A stretch of DNA of 64,000 bases from Thermoproteus sp. (GTDB lineage: Archaea; Thermoproteota; Thermoprotei; Thermoproteales; Thermoproteaceae), in contig JBMFIG010000006.1 of assembly GCA_049976425.1 (NCBI GenBank), positions 1-64,000 of the forward strand, in the 5' to 3' direction. The notes beneath the pieces are model-generated. The model saw only the letters and a program-made list of their open reading frames with translations. It had not been told where the DNA came from and did no database searches. Position numbers and translations under genes: made by a program. How positions within the stretch are numbered: the first letter of the stretch is position 1; each line of letters begins with the position of its first letter. This document shows, in pieces, positions 1-8,370 of this stretch.

Positions 1-65
1 CCCTACGGGTCTGGAGCCACGGCGGCGTTCACCTCCGCCGCTCTGCCTTGCTGAGCTACGGGCCC
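1..65 (-). tRNA. tRNA-Trp(CCA), 5' part (runs off window), with 17-nt intron at 30/31 (18..34)
   Basis: Reverse complement reads GGGCCCG TA GCTC AGCAAGGCA GAGC G GCGG [AGGTGAACGCCGCCGTG] G CT CCA GA CCCGT AG. The intron forms a strict bulge-helix-bulge (central helix CGGC/GCCG). Anticodon at 12..14. Confidence 0.88.
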
Positions 66-85
66 TTTACGTACATTTCTATCTG

Positions 86-98
86 TTTTTAAGCTTTT
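86..98 (-). promoter_or_regulatory. BRE/TATA promoter of tRNA-Trp
   Basis: AAAAGCTTAAAAA about 25 nt upstream of the tRNA 5' end; near-identical to the tRNA-Ala promoter. Confidence 0.7.
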
Positions 99-484
99 CC
101 GCCATCTTTGCCCATCCCCAGGTCTTTCCACGAGGGTCAAACGCCTCCCGTCGCCTATCACGAAAGGTGGTCGTCTACACATCGAAGGTACGCCGAGCTT
201 TTCGCGATTAGCTACCTCGCAGTACTTCTCTCCACCGATTTTAGCTTATGCCACTGTATGTACGTTACGTAAGTCCGACTTGGCGCACAGCTCTGCATCT
301 CAAGGATTAACGAGGCCTTCCGCAACCCTCTACGTTTTTGGCTGAGGTTTTGAGGGCACAGCCCAAGTTGCTCTCACAGATTCTTCGCCGGCTTGGTTTG
401 GTGTGTACTTGGACGGCAGGGCTGTGACTGTTGCGCCCGTCGCGCTGGACGATATATGTAAATTTTTAGGGTTTGTACCCAATC

Positions 485-907
485 ATGGAGATCCCCGAGG
501 TGAGCGAGGTGGAGCTCGAGAACCCGTCCTTCTCGGTAGCTGGCCCTGCAGAGTACACGATCTCTTTCGGAAGCCCTTGTAAGGTCTCGGCCAACGTCAG
601 GATGGACGTGCTCATGTTTTCATGGCCCCGTGTTTTCTCGAAGGCCCTCGTGGCGGTCTACAAATGCGGCGACTTCTGGCCGCACTTCGACGTGAAGGTG
701 AGGGCCCTGTCCTTCGGCAAATCGATATACCTATTGGTCGACTCTGTGGCGCGGCACAACGAGAGCGATGCGGAGATCGTGCCTCTGGAGCGCGGCCCGC
801 TCTGGATCTATTTGGCTAAGCTGGGCGCAGTTGCTCTGTGCAAGACGGTGAGGGAGGTCCTCAACGTGCAGGGAAAGTGCAGGACGTATATATCAGCCGG
901 TACGTGA
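485..907 (+). CDS. hypothetical protein
   Basis: ORF with typical codon usage; ATG at 485 follows an AT-rich TATA-like box (about 458-468). Confidence 0.6.
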   Translation: MEIPEVSEVELENPSFSVAGPAEYTISFGSPCKVSANVRMDVLMFSWPRVFSKALVAVYKCGDFWPHFDVKVRALSFGKSIYLLVDSVARHNESDAEIVPLERGPLWIYLAKLGAVALCKTVREVLNVQGKCRTYISAGT

Positions 908-944
908 ACACATCACCGATCGGCTTCGGAGGCTTTCATCCCGA
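891..944 (-). ncRNA. box C/D sRNA candidate
   Basis: Minus strand: GGGATGA (C) AAGCCTCCGAAG CCGA (D') TCG GTGATGT (C') GTTCACGTACCGG CTGA (D); about 52 nt with two 12-13 nt guides. Confidence 0.7.
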
Positions 945-1119
945 CACATCTAGCTCGCCTAGATAAGTCTTATTGCGGAATACGGGAGCCCGCGCGCTGT
1001 GGCGAGGCTATGCCGTGGGCGCCTCCCTGCCCGCCGTCCTGGCGCCAGCGGGCTCTATGAAGAGGCTCCGCGGCCGGGCACAGGCGCTTTGTTTAATAAT
1101 CGGTTGGTCGGGAGGTTAT

Positions 1120-2049
1120 ATGTTGTGCATAAGCTTGGATGCTTGTCTGTCGGAGTACCGTCCCGAGTCCGTGGATGTGGCGACCCGTATGCTGGGCGGG
1201 CTCGGGCTTAGGGAATTGGCGTCGCGAGTCAAATCGCTTAGAGTAATCACCCAAGGGCCTATCCTCGGGAAGTTGAGAGTCCTCGAAACAGTGGACAACA
1301 ACGACGTGGAGGTGCGCTACGTCCCAAAGCTCTTCTCGTCTTTCTACGTCTTGCGTAGGGGGGATAGAGTCTGTGCGGTGTTCGGCGGCGATCTGTTCTT
1401 GGACGCTGTCGAGGGCTCCGCCTCAGGCCTCTTGATGGCCAACTGCGGGGACGACGCGATAGGTGCGGCCGAGCTCTTCGAGAGGCTTTGGTCGAGATCG
1501 CGGAGCATATTCGACGTCGACCCCTATCTGTTGGGCCGCACGAAGGACTGGGGCGCGTATAGGGTCATAGCAGAGCTCAGGCGGGTTAAGGTCGAGGGGG
1601 AGGACGAGGAGGATCTAGTCGATAGAATAGTGAGGGAGCATGCAAGGAGGATATTCGGCATAGACGACTCGGACGAGGTCGCCAGGAGGTTCTGGTCGGC
1701 GATATTCGCGACGCGCAATATGTCCATAAAGGTCATGGACGACCCGTCGACTGGGTTGCCCGTGACGGCGCCGCTTATCTACTACTCGGTCAAGGTCTTG
1801 AGAAGCCCGCCGGATAGGTGCCGGGACGGCCCCTGCCTCAGGACGACGGCCAAACTACTAGAGCGCGCCCTGCGGCACGTGCCCCAGTCTAGACTGCACG
1901 ACGCGTGGAGGGAGGCGCTGAAGAACGGCGCAGAGAGGAGAAGGATAGAGCTCTCCCCCTATCTGCCGGCCTTGTTGTTGTTGACGGGGAAGGTCGAGAT
2001 AGGGTACGATAAGTCCATAGACGCGCGGATCTACAAGCTAAGACGCTAG
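1120..2049 (+). CDS. hypothetical protein, N-terminal half weakly PLD/TrmB-like
   Basis: ATG at 1120 after GGAGG and TTTAATAA; no HKD motif; ELFERLWSRS resembles the C-terminal helix of PLD-fold domains. Confidence 0.6.
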   Translation: MLCISLDACLSEYRPESVDVATRMLGGLGLRELASRVKSLRVITQGPILGKLRVLETVDNNDVEVRYVPKLFSSFYVLRRGDRVCAVFGGDLFLDAVEGSASGLLMANCGDDAIGAAELFERLWSRSRSIFDVDPYLLGRTKDWGAYRVIAELRRVKVEGEDEEDLVDRIVREHARRIFGIDDSDEVARRFWSAIFATRNMSIKVMDDPSTGLPVTAPLIYYSVKVLRSPPDRCRDGPCLRTTAKLLERALRHVPQSRLHDAWREALKNGAERRRIELSPYLPALLLLTGKVEIGYDKSIDARIYKLRR

Positions 2050-2058
2050 GCCGTGGGC

Positions 2059-2772
2059 CTAATGGAGGCCTTCGGATATGAGCTTCTTAAACCTCACAGC
2101 GTCTTCGAACATATATATATTATTAAACATAACATATGAATCTTTTAAGTCTTTTATAGAATTTCTTAATTTTATTAAATCATTATCAGTATATTTGTAT
2201 TTATAGTTAACTTCGCCTTTGCCCAGACCGTGTAGTCTAAAGTAATGCACGGGAGATCTGGGTATCTCTTTCCTTAGGGGATCAACCACTAGGGAAACGC
2301 CGACGTCGGCCAATATCGCGTCGAGATCCCTTACAGCGGCCACCTCGCCTCTCGGCTCCCAGACGAACACGCCCTCACCTTTAATCGTTCTGAAAAACTC
2401 CAATGCATCCCTTAAGAGGTCGGCGCGCATGCTCGGCGGCGTTTGGAACACGTAGACCTTAGGCCTAAGCGGCGCGACCAGCCTCTTGAAGAGTTCCCAG
2501 AGCTCTAGGTTCTCCCCTGTCGGCCTCAAGAAACCGTGGCCCTCTCCCGGCTTGAATCCCCTCGTCCTCCTATACGTGGGGCTGCCGGCGGGATGGGTTA
2601 TGCCTTGGAAGACCTTGACGGTGAACACGAACCCCTCCGGCGCCTCCTTAGCCAGCTCGCCCATGCGGCGCTCGTTGGGGAGGTTGTAGAAGGTCTCCTG
2701 CAACTCCACGGCGTCCAGCGATCTGTAGATCTCCCGCCTGCTTCTGGAAAAGCCGCACGTGCCTACTATCAC
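2059..2772 (-). CDS. DUF72 family protein
   Basis: VGTCGF, VELQETFY, FQTPPS, WEPR, YFRLHG, VMFNN motifs. Confidence 0.88.
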   Translation of the reverse strand: MIVGTCGFSRSRREIYRSLDAVELQETFYNLPNERRMGELAKEAPEGFVFTVKVFQGITHPAGSPTYRRTRGFKPGEGHGFLRPTGENLELWELFKRLVAPLRPKVYVFQTPPSMRADLLRDALEFFRTIKGEGVFVWEPRGEVAAVRDLDAILADVGVSLVVDPLRKEIPRSPVHYFRLHGLGKGEVNYKYKYTDNDLIKLRNSIKDLKDSYVMFNNIYMFEDAVRFKKLISEGLH

Positions 2773-2812
2773 GTTAGCTGTTGCCCATATATTTAAAACC
2801 CGCCGCCGGTAT

Positions 2813-3169
2813 GTGGGAGATTCCTCATCGATATACTCGGGTATCAGGAGTTGCTACGCGAAGATGGACGGCATGTACGTCGAGACGGGGCCCATGGACT
2901 TGGCCAAGGCCGCGGCGCACCTATATTTCCACCTCAGAGATCTCGAGAGAGGCTTCACCTACGACCACGAATGTAGGCGGGTGCCTATGTCTTGGTCCCT
3001 CTTCGAGGCGCGTTCTAAGTATTTGGCCGAGATATGCAGGAAGCAAGGCGGGAAGGAATGCGGCGAGATAGAGGAGCTCGTGGAGGAGGTTCTAAGGCAT
3101 AGAGCCTTGCCTAGATGGGCCGAGGAGCTGGCTATGAGGAAGATAATACGGATTAGCCAGTTGATATGA
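2813..3169 (+). CDS. hypothetical protein
   Basis: Frame of ORF 2759..3169; GTG at 2813 follows TTTAAAA; start uncertain. Confidence 0.6.
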   Translation: MGDSSSIYSGIRSCYAKMDGMYVETGPMDLAKAAAHLYFHLRDLERGFTYDHECRRVPMSWSLFEARSKYLAEICRKQGGKECGEIEELVEEVLRHRALPRWAEELAMRKIIRISQLI

Positions 3170-3195
3170 TTTATAAATAGCACTCATTCGCGCTA

Positions 3196-3417
3196 ATGGG
3201 CGAAGAGGAAGGACGCCGAAGATCGAGGAACGTAGACGTCGAGGGCGAGCTTTCCAAGCTACCCGTTGACGTGTCGAAGGAGGACGACGAGCTCGTGGTC
3301 AAGGTCGGGAAGGGCCGTCGGTTGCCTGAGGACGAGTTCAGGAACACTATATCTAAGCTCAAGAAGATGGGCTTTAAGTTCGACCCGGACACAAAGACCT
3401 GGCGCAAAAGGGCATAG
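3196..3417 (+). CDS. small charged hypothetical protein
   Basis: 73 aa; own TATA (TTTATAAA about 3170); C-terminal LKKMGFKFDPDTKTW. Confidence 0.7.
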   Translation: MGEEEGRRRSRNVDVEGELSKLPVDVSKEDDELVVKVGKGRRLPEDEFRNTISKLKKMGFKFDPDTKTWRKRA

Positions 3418-3431
3418 GCAAAACCTTTCTT

Positions 3432-4376
3432 TTAGGGCCAAGCATCCTCCCGGCGAAGGGCGACTCGCCTAATCTGTCTGCCGACGCCCCACGCCCTGGC
3501 CATGGCGGCTGTGTTGAAGGCGGCCGCCACTTTGCCCCTCCTGTCTATGCCGAGAAGGCCTACCGTATCTTCGCCGAACCTCTCGGTGACTAGATCCACG
3601 ACTCTCCTCAGCGCCGTGTCTATATCTAGTCCGGCCCTCATGAGCTCGACGGCCCTCAGAGAGGCCATGGTCAGGATTATCACCTCGCCGACGCCTGTAG
3701 CCGATATGGCGCCTATTGAGTTGTCGGCCCAGAACCCGGCTCCCGGTATTGGCGAATCGCCGACCCTCCCATCTAGCTTCAGCCACACGCCTCCTGTCGA
3801 CGTGGCGGCTGCCAGATTGCCGTCCTTGTCGAGCGCCACGGCGCCAACTGTATCGCCGATTCCAAGCCTCTTCGCTATCTCCAACACCTTCTTGTAATGC
3901 CAACGGCCGGCCGACGTCTCCTGCAACATCTGCCTAAACCTATCGTTTTTACGCTCGCTGTAGAACGCCGCCCTGGCGGTCAGAAGCCCGGCTATGCGGG
4001 CCAGATCCCTGGCGCCGTCGCCGACGACCAGCACGTGGTCGGTGGCGTCCAACACGTATTTAGCCAGCCTCACGGGATTCCTCACGTCTTCGACCGCCGC
4101 GACGGCGCCAGCTCTGCCCGACGCGCCGTCCATCACGCCGGCGTCCATCTGCACGCGGCCCGAGATGGTGTAGACGGAGCCCACCCCGGCGTTGAACACG
4201 CCGGAGTCCTCCATATACGCGACGGCCTCCACGACGGCGTCTACTGCGTTGCCCCGCGCGATTGCGGCGAGTCCGGCCTCGACAGCGTCGGCGAGAGCCC
4301 TCCGTGCGCGCGCCTCCTCTTCAGGCGTTACGCTCCATCTACCGGCCCCTCCGTGGACCGCGACTACGGGCTCCAT
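3432..4376 (-). CDS. isoaspartyl peptidase/L-asparaginase (Ntn hydrolase)
   Basis: VHGGAG, FNAGVGS, D|TVGAVA autocleavage site, STGG, GRVGDSP. Confidence 0.93.
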   Translation of the reverse strand: MEPVVAVHGGAGRWSVTPEEEARARRALADAVEAGLAAIARGNAVDAVVEAVAYMEDSGVFNAGVGSVYTISGRVQMDAGVMDGASGRAGAVAAVEDVRNPVRLAKYVLDATDHVLVVGDGARDLARIAGLLTARAAFYSERKNDRFRQMLQETSAGRWHYKKVLEIAKRLGIGDTVGAVALDKDGNLAAATSTGGVWLKLDGRVGDSPIPGAGFWADNSIGAISATGVGEVIILTMASLRAVELMRAGLDIDTALRRVVDLVTERFGEDTVGLLGIDRRGKVAAAFNTAAMARAWGVGRQIRRVALRREDAWP

Positions 4377-4892
4377 CTATTGGGTCTGCTGAGCTCCGGC
4401 CGCTATGGGGCTACCGGGCGCGTAGGAGATCTTGTCCTCTAGATCTCGCGGGACCAAAAAGCCGGGCGACCTCACCCTCCTGCCGTTTATGGCTATATGT
4501 CCGTGGGTTATCAACTGTCTGGCTTGGTACAGGGTCTTCGCGAACCCCTTCCTATACACTATCGTCTGGAGGCGCCTCTCCAGTATGGCCCTCACGTCCA
4601 GAGAGAGCACCCTATCGAGAGGGATATTCACGTCCTCTATAAACCCCATCTTGTAGAGCCTCTCCTTAAAGGGTAGCTCCAACGGCGCCCTTTCCTCGGC
4701 GCGCATCGAGAGCAGACTTCTGGCGCGCCTCACTATCTGTTTCAGAACCGACCTCGCCTTCCACAACTCCCGCTTATTCCTAAGGCCATACTCGCCCATG
4801 AGCTGTAGTTCCTCGAGCAACAGTTGCGTGTTCCATAGCTTCTTGGGCTTCCCGTCGAGATACGTCTTCCTACTTTTCTTCTTGCCGCCCAT
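4377..4892 (-). CDS. rps4: 30S ribosomal protein uS4
   Basis: YGLRNKRELW, LERRLQTIV, ARQLITHGHI. Confidence 0.96.
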   Translation of the reverse strand: MGGKKKSRKTYLDGKPKKLWNTQLLLEELQLMGEYGLRNKRELWKARSVLKQIVRRARSLLSMRAEERAPLELPFKERLYKMGFIEDVNIPLDRVLSLDVRAILERRLQTIVYRKGFAKTLYQARQLITHGHIAINGRRVRSPGFLVPRDLEDKISYAPGSPIAAGAQQTQ

Positions 4893-4894
4893 GG

Positions 4895-5365
4895 CTACTG
4901 CTTAGCGCCTCCGCCTGGTTGCGCCTCCTTCTTTTTGGCCACTCCGGCGGTCGGGCCGAACCTGCCGGTGGTCACCGTGCGCTGTCCTCTGACCTTCAGC
5001 CCAGCGGCGTGTCTCATGCCCTTCCAGCTCCTCAGCTTCTTCATCAGATCTATGTCGCTCTTGGCGGCGAGGATCAGCTCCGATCCTATTAGATGGACGT
5101 CGCGTCCGCTCACGGGATCCCTGCGTCTGTTGAGGAACCAGGCCGGCGCTATCTCGTGCAAGTTCCTCACTGCCCAGTCCAGTTTGGAGATCTGCTCCTC
5201 GCTGAGAGAGCCCAGCGGGGCGTAGGGATCTACGCCAAGCCGCCTACATATAGCAAATGCCGAGGAGATGCCTATGCCCTTAATGCGGGCTAAGGCGAAG
5301 GCCACGGCCTTGGCGCCTTCTAGGTCCGTATCCCCAACGCGGACTATAGCCCTTACTTCAGACAC
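4895..5365 (-). CDS. rps13: 30S ribosomal protein uS13
   Basis: IKGIG, WFLNRRRD, WKGMRH, GLKVRGQRT. Confidence 0.96.
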   Translation of the reverse strand: MSEVRAIVRVGDTDLEGAKAVAFALARIKGIGISSAFAICRRLGVDPYAPLGSLSEEQISKLDWAVRNLHEIAPAWFLNRRRDPVSGRDVHLIGSELILAAKSDIDLMKKLRSWKGMRHAAGLKVRGQRTVTTGRFGPTAGVAKKKEAQPGGGAKQ

Positions 5366-5386
5366 GAAGGTGCGAGAACAAAGTGT

Positions 5387-5968
5387 TTAAAAGTTTAGTA
5401 GGCCCTCCTCGGGCTGAGCGAGCCGAGGGACGTACTTGGTCGCGCCTTGGCGGGTCAACACCATATGGCTTCTCGTGCGCATAAGCTCGAAAAGGACATT
5501 CCCTATGTGGTTCAAGAGCGTGATGACCTCCCGCCCACGATCTAGTTGGGCCAGCCGCCTCTCGGTCCAGCGGACCCAAGCCCTCGCTGCGTTGATATAG
5601 GCGCAGATCTCGTCGAGACATACGACCCAGCCCAGCGGCGCGTCGGAAGCCAGCGCATAGGACAACTTAACGGCCTTTCTGAGAGATTTAAAGGCCTTGG
5701 CCAGATAGGCGCCGTCCCCCGTGGACAAATAGAAGCCTGCGTACTGCAGAGCCCATAGGACCAGCCAGAGGATGCGCCTTGTACGGCCCTCGGCCTTCAC
5801 AGCGGCGAGGTTTACATGTACAATCGCCGCCTCGAGAGCGCCAAACAGCTTTACTATTGCAGAAGCCTTAGAAACGCATTTCGCCTCGCCGAACCACAGC
5901 ACTTCCGTCTCGCCGAGGTCTCCGGGACAAGAGCCGGTCAAGATACAGGGCTTAGCAAGCTTTGCCAT
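5387..5968 (-). CDS. divergent PduO-type cob(I)alamin adenosyltransferase-like protein
   Basis: GDLGET, VSKASAIVKLFGALE, RAWVRWTERR, LNHIGN align to PduO motifs with substitutions. Confidence 0.65.
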   Translation of the reverse strand: MAKLAKPCILTGSCPGDLGETEVLWFGEAKCVSKASAIVKLFGALEAAIVHVNLAAVKAEGRTRRILWLVLWALQYAGFYLSTGDGAYLAKAFKSLRKAVKLSYALASDAPLGWVVCLDEICAYINAARAWVRWTERRLAQLDRGREVITLLNHIGNVLFELMRTRSHMVLTRQGATKYVPRLAQPEEGLLNF

Positions 5969-6025
5969 AAGAAATGATTACACTATTATAAAAATACATA
6001 ACTGGAATTACTAAGAATAATAGAT

Positions 6026-6134
6026 TGGTGGACCGGCCGGGATTCGAACCCGGGATCTCGGGCGCGGTGCGGCTCCCGCGCGCAAGGCGGGCCTAAGGGA
6101 ACGGCTTTCAATCCTTCCGCTAGACGACCGGCCC
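6026..6134 (-). tRNA. tRNA-Ala(UGC) with introns at 25/26 (6093..6110) and 45/46 (6057..6072); CCA encoded
   Basis: Spliced: GGGCCGG TC GTCT AGCGGAA GGAT G CCCGC CT TGC GC GCGGG AGATC CCGGG TTCGAAT CCCGG CCGGTCC A CCA; G3:U70 Ala identity pair; both introns form BHB-type motifs. Confidence 0.95.
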
Positions 6135-6155
6135 TTTACATATATTTCCAGTAAT

Positions 6156-6168
6156 TTTTAAGCCTTTC
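6156..6168 (-). promoter_or_regulatory. BRE/TATA promoter of tRNA-Ala
   Basis: GAAAGGCTTAAAAA about 25 nt upstream of the tRNA. Confidence 0.7.
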
Positions 6169-6190
6169 GCCCACCTGTTTGGGCTATACC

Positions 6191-7099
6191 CTATGCCCAC
6201 GCCGCGGGCGGGCTTAGCGCTGATTTCAACATGCGGGCGGCCCTGACGCCGACTTCCTCGGGGCTCTCGCCGAAGGCTTTTACGAGGACTTTCCTGGATC
6301 CGTCGACGGAGGCCCAGCCAGCTAGGAACTCTATCCCGTTGGCCGTGGCCGTGGCGAGACCTCCCACTGCCACGTGGCAACCTCCGCCCACCTCCTTAAG
6401 GAATGCCCTCTCGGCTCTCGCCTCCAAGGCGGCCCTAGGATCGCTGGCCTTTCTCAGCAGATCGACGATCCCTCTATCGTCTTTTCGCGCCACGGCGGCT
6501 ACTATGCCTTGTCCCGGCGGCGGCGGGATCTCGTCCGGCTTAACCCTCCTGATCTCCACCGGCGGATTCTCGCCGTAGAGCCTCCTCACGCCAGCCTCGG
6601 CGAGCACGGCGGCGTCGACCACGCCGGATAAGACCTTGCTGATCCTCGTGTCCACGTTGCCTCTGAGAGGTTCTATACGCAGATCGGGCCTTATAGATTT
6701 CAGAAAAGCTCCCCGCCTTACGCTCGACGTGCCGATCCTAGCGCCCCGGGGCAAGCTCCAGACGTCGTAGCCCATCGTGCTCGCTATTACATCATATGGC
6801 GGATCCCTCTTCGAGTACCCCGCCACGACCAAGTCCTCGTTGATCTCCGAGGGCAGATCCTTCAGGGAATGCACGGCCACGTCCGCCTGCCCCCTCAGCA
6901 CGGCTAAGTTCACCTCCTTCTCGAAAATGCCCTTGGCGCCTATAGCATATAGGGGTCTGTCCTGGATTAGATCCCCTGTGGTCTTCAGCACGACTATCTC
7001 GAACTCCAAGTCCGGCTCGACTTCCTTTATACTCTTGATAAACAACTCGGTCTGGAGCAGACTTAGCTTGCTGCCTCTCGTGGCTACCCGCAACCTCAC
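6191..7099 (-). CDS. hemC: porphobilinogen deaminase
   Basis: [35 protein letters not shown]; start GTG 7099. Confidence 0.95.
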   Translation of the reverse strand: MRLRVATRGSKLSLLQTELFIKSIKEVEPDLEFEIVVLKTTGDLIQDRPLYAIGAKGIFEKEVNLAVLRGQADVAVHSLKDLPSEINEDLVVAGYSKRDPPYDVIASTMGYDVWSLPRGARIGTSSVRRGAFLKSIRPDLRIEPLRGNVDTRISKVLSGVVDAAVLAEAGVRRLYGENPPVEIRRVKPDEIPPPPGQGIVAAVARKDDRGIVDLLRKASDPRAALEARAERAFLKEVGGGCHVAVGGLATATANGIEFLAGWASVDGSRKVLVKAFGESPEEVGVRAARMLKSALSPPAAWA

Positions 7100-7164
7100 G
7101 CGGTGGCCGGATTCTGTCTTAAAAACGTGAATACAGCTTAAATACCTCAAATATAACGACAGGA

Positions 7165-8370
7165 GTGGCGGCCCTCGACAAGCTATTTTCGGCCTCTATA
7201 ACTTTTCGAGAGATACCGACAGATAAGCTGGGCGAGCTGGGTAGGAGCGTCATGGAGTTGCTCGGGATCGCGCCCTATTTCCCCGTCCCTCTTTTCGTTC
7301 TGCACACGTGTAACAGGGTCGAGGTCTACGCCTGGGACGTTCCCCAGACCGCCGTCGAGCTCGTTCTGGCGCACTATAGGGACTACGCAGATAGGGTTGT
7401 CATAAGGAGGGGGCGCGAGGCCGCCCTACATCTGTTGGAAGTGGCGGCCGGCCTCGACTCCATGCTGATCGGCGAGACCGATATATTGGGCCAGCTCGAG
7501 GAGGCCTACGACAGCCAAGTTAAGGCGCACATAACACGGGAGCCTCTCAGGACCGTCGTGGAACGCGCCATAAGGTTCGGCAAGACGGTGAGGACCCGCA
7601 CGAACATCTCTAGAGGGCCGCGGGGCCTCGGAAGCCTCGCTATAATATACATAAAGGAGAGGTTTGGGGATCTGCAAAACCTAAGTATAGGCGTAATAGG
7701 CGCTGGCGCGGTCGGTAGCGGGTTGGTCAAGGAGTTGAGGGACGGAGGCGCCGGCCGTATCTACGTCTTGAACCGCACGTTGGACCGCGCGGAGGAGGTG
7801 GCTAAGAAATACGGCGCGATAGCCATGCCGCTAAACGGCGAAAGTGTAGCTGAGTGTCTGAAGACCTGCGATGTGGTGTTCACCACCGCCCTCTCGTTTG
7901 AGCCCATAATAACCGAGATACCGCCGGGCAGTAAGGTGAAGGTGGTAGTGGATCTGGGCGTGCCGGGGAACGTGCCGAAGGGTCTGCCAGTGGATGTAGT
8001 TAAGCTCGAGGATCTCGAGGACATAGCGGCGCGCTATAACAAGGAGAGGGCTTCCGAGATAGAGAAGGCGAGGGCTTTGGCCCTCGAGGAGCTCGACAAC
8101 GTCGAGAGGGCGGTTGCGAAGAGGATCGCCGAGATGGAGCTTAGCGAGTATATGCAGTTCGTCGAGGCGGCGGCTCGGGAGGAGGCCTCGCGCGCCGGGT
8201 CCGATTCCTTGACGGCGGCCCGATCCTCGGCCAAGAGGGCCGTGTTGCCCCTCGTGGAGGCTTTGAAGGAGCTGGCCGGAAGGGGCAAGGTCGAGGAGGT
8301 GCTGGAGATTATAAACGAGGCTAGGAGGCGCGTGAAGAGCCCGGCTACAGAGCGGACTTCAGCTCCTTGA
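7165..8370 (+). CDS. hemA: glutamyl-tRNA reductase
   Basis: [30 protein letters not shown]. Confidence 0.95.
   Translation: MAALDKLFSASITFREIPTDKLGELGRSVMELLGIAPYFPVPLFVLHTCNRVEVYAWDVPQTAVELVLAHYRDYADRVVIRRGREAALHLLEVAAGLDSMLIGETDILGQLEEAYDSQVKAHITREPLRTVVERAIRFGKTVRTRTNISRGPRGLGSLAIIYIKERFGDLQNLSIGVIGAGAVGSGLVKELRDGGAGRIYVLNRTLDRAEEVAKKYGAIAMPLNGESVAECLKTCDVVFTTALSFEPIITEIPPGSKVKVVVDLGVPGNVPKGLPVDVVKLEDLEDIAARYNKERASEIEKARALALEELDNVERAVAKRIAEMELSEYMQFVEAAAREEASRAGSDSLTAARSSAKRAVLPLVEALKELAGRGKVEEVLEIINEARRRVKSPATERTSAP

Noticed and set aside
6120-6380. 86-aa minus-strand ORF
   Set aside because: Overlaps hemC out of frame and runs through the tRNA-Ala promoter.
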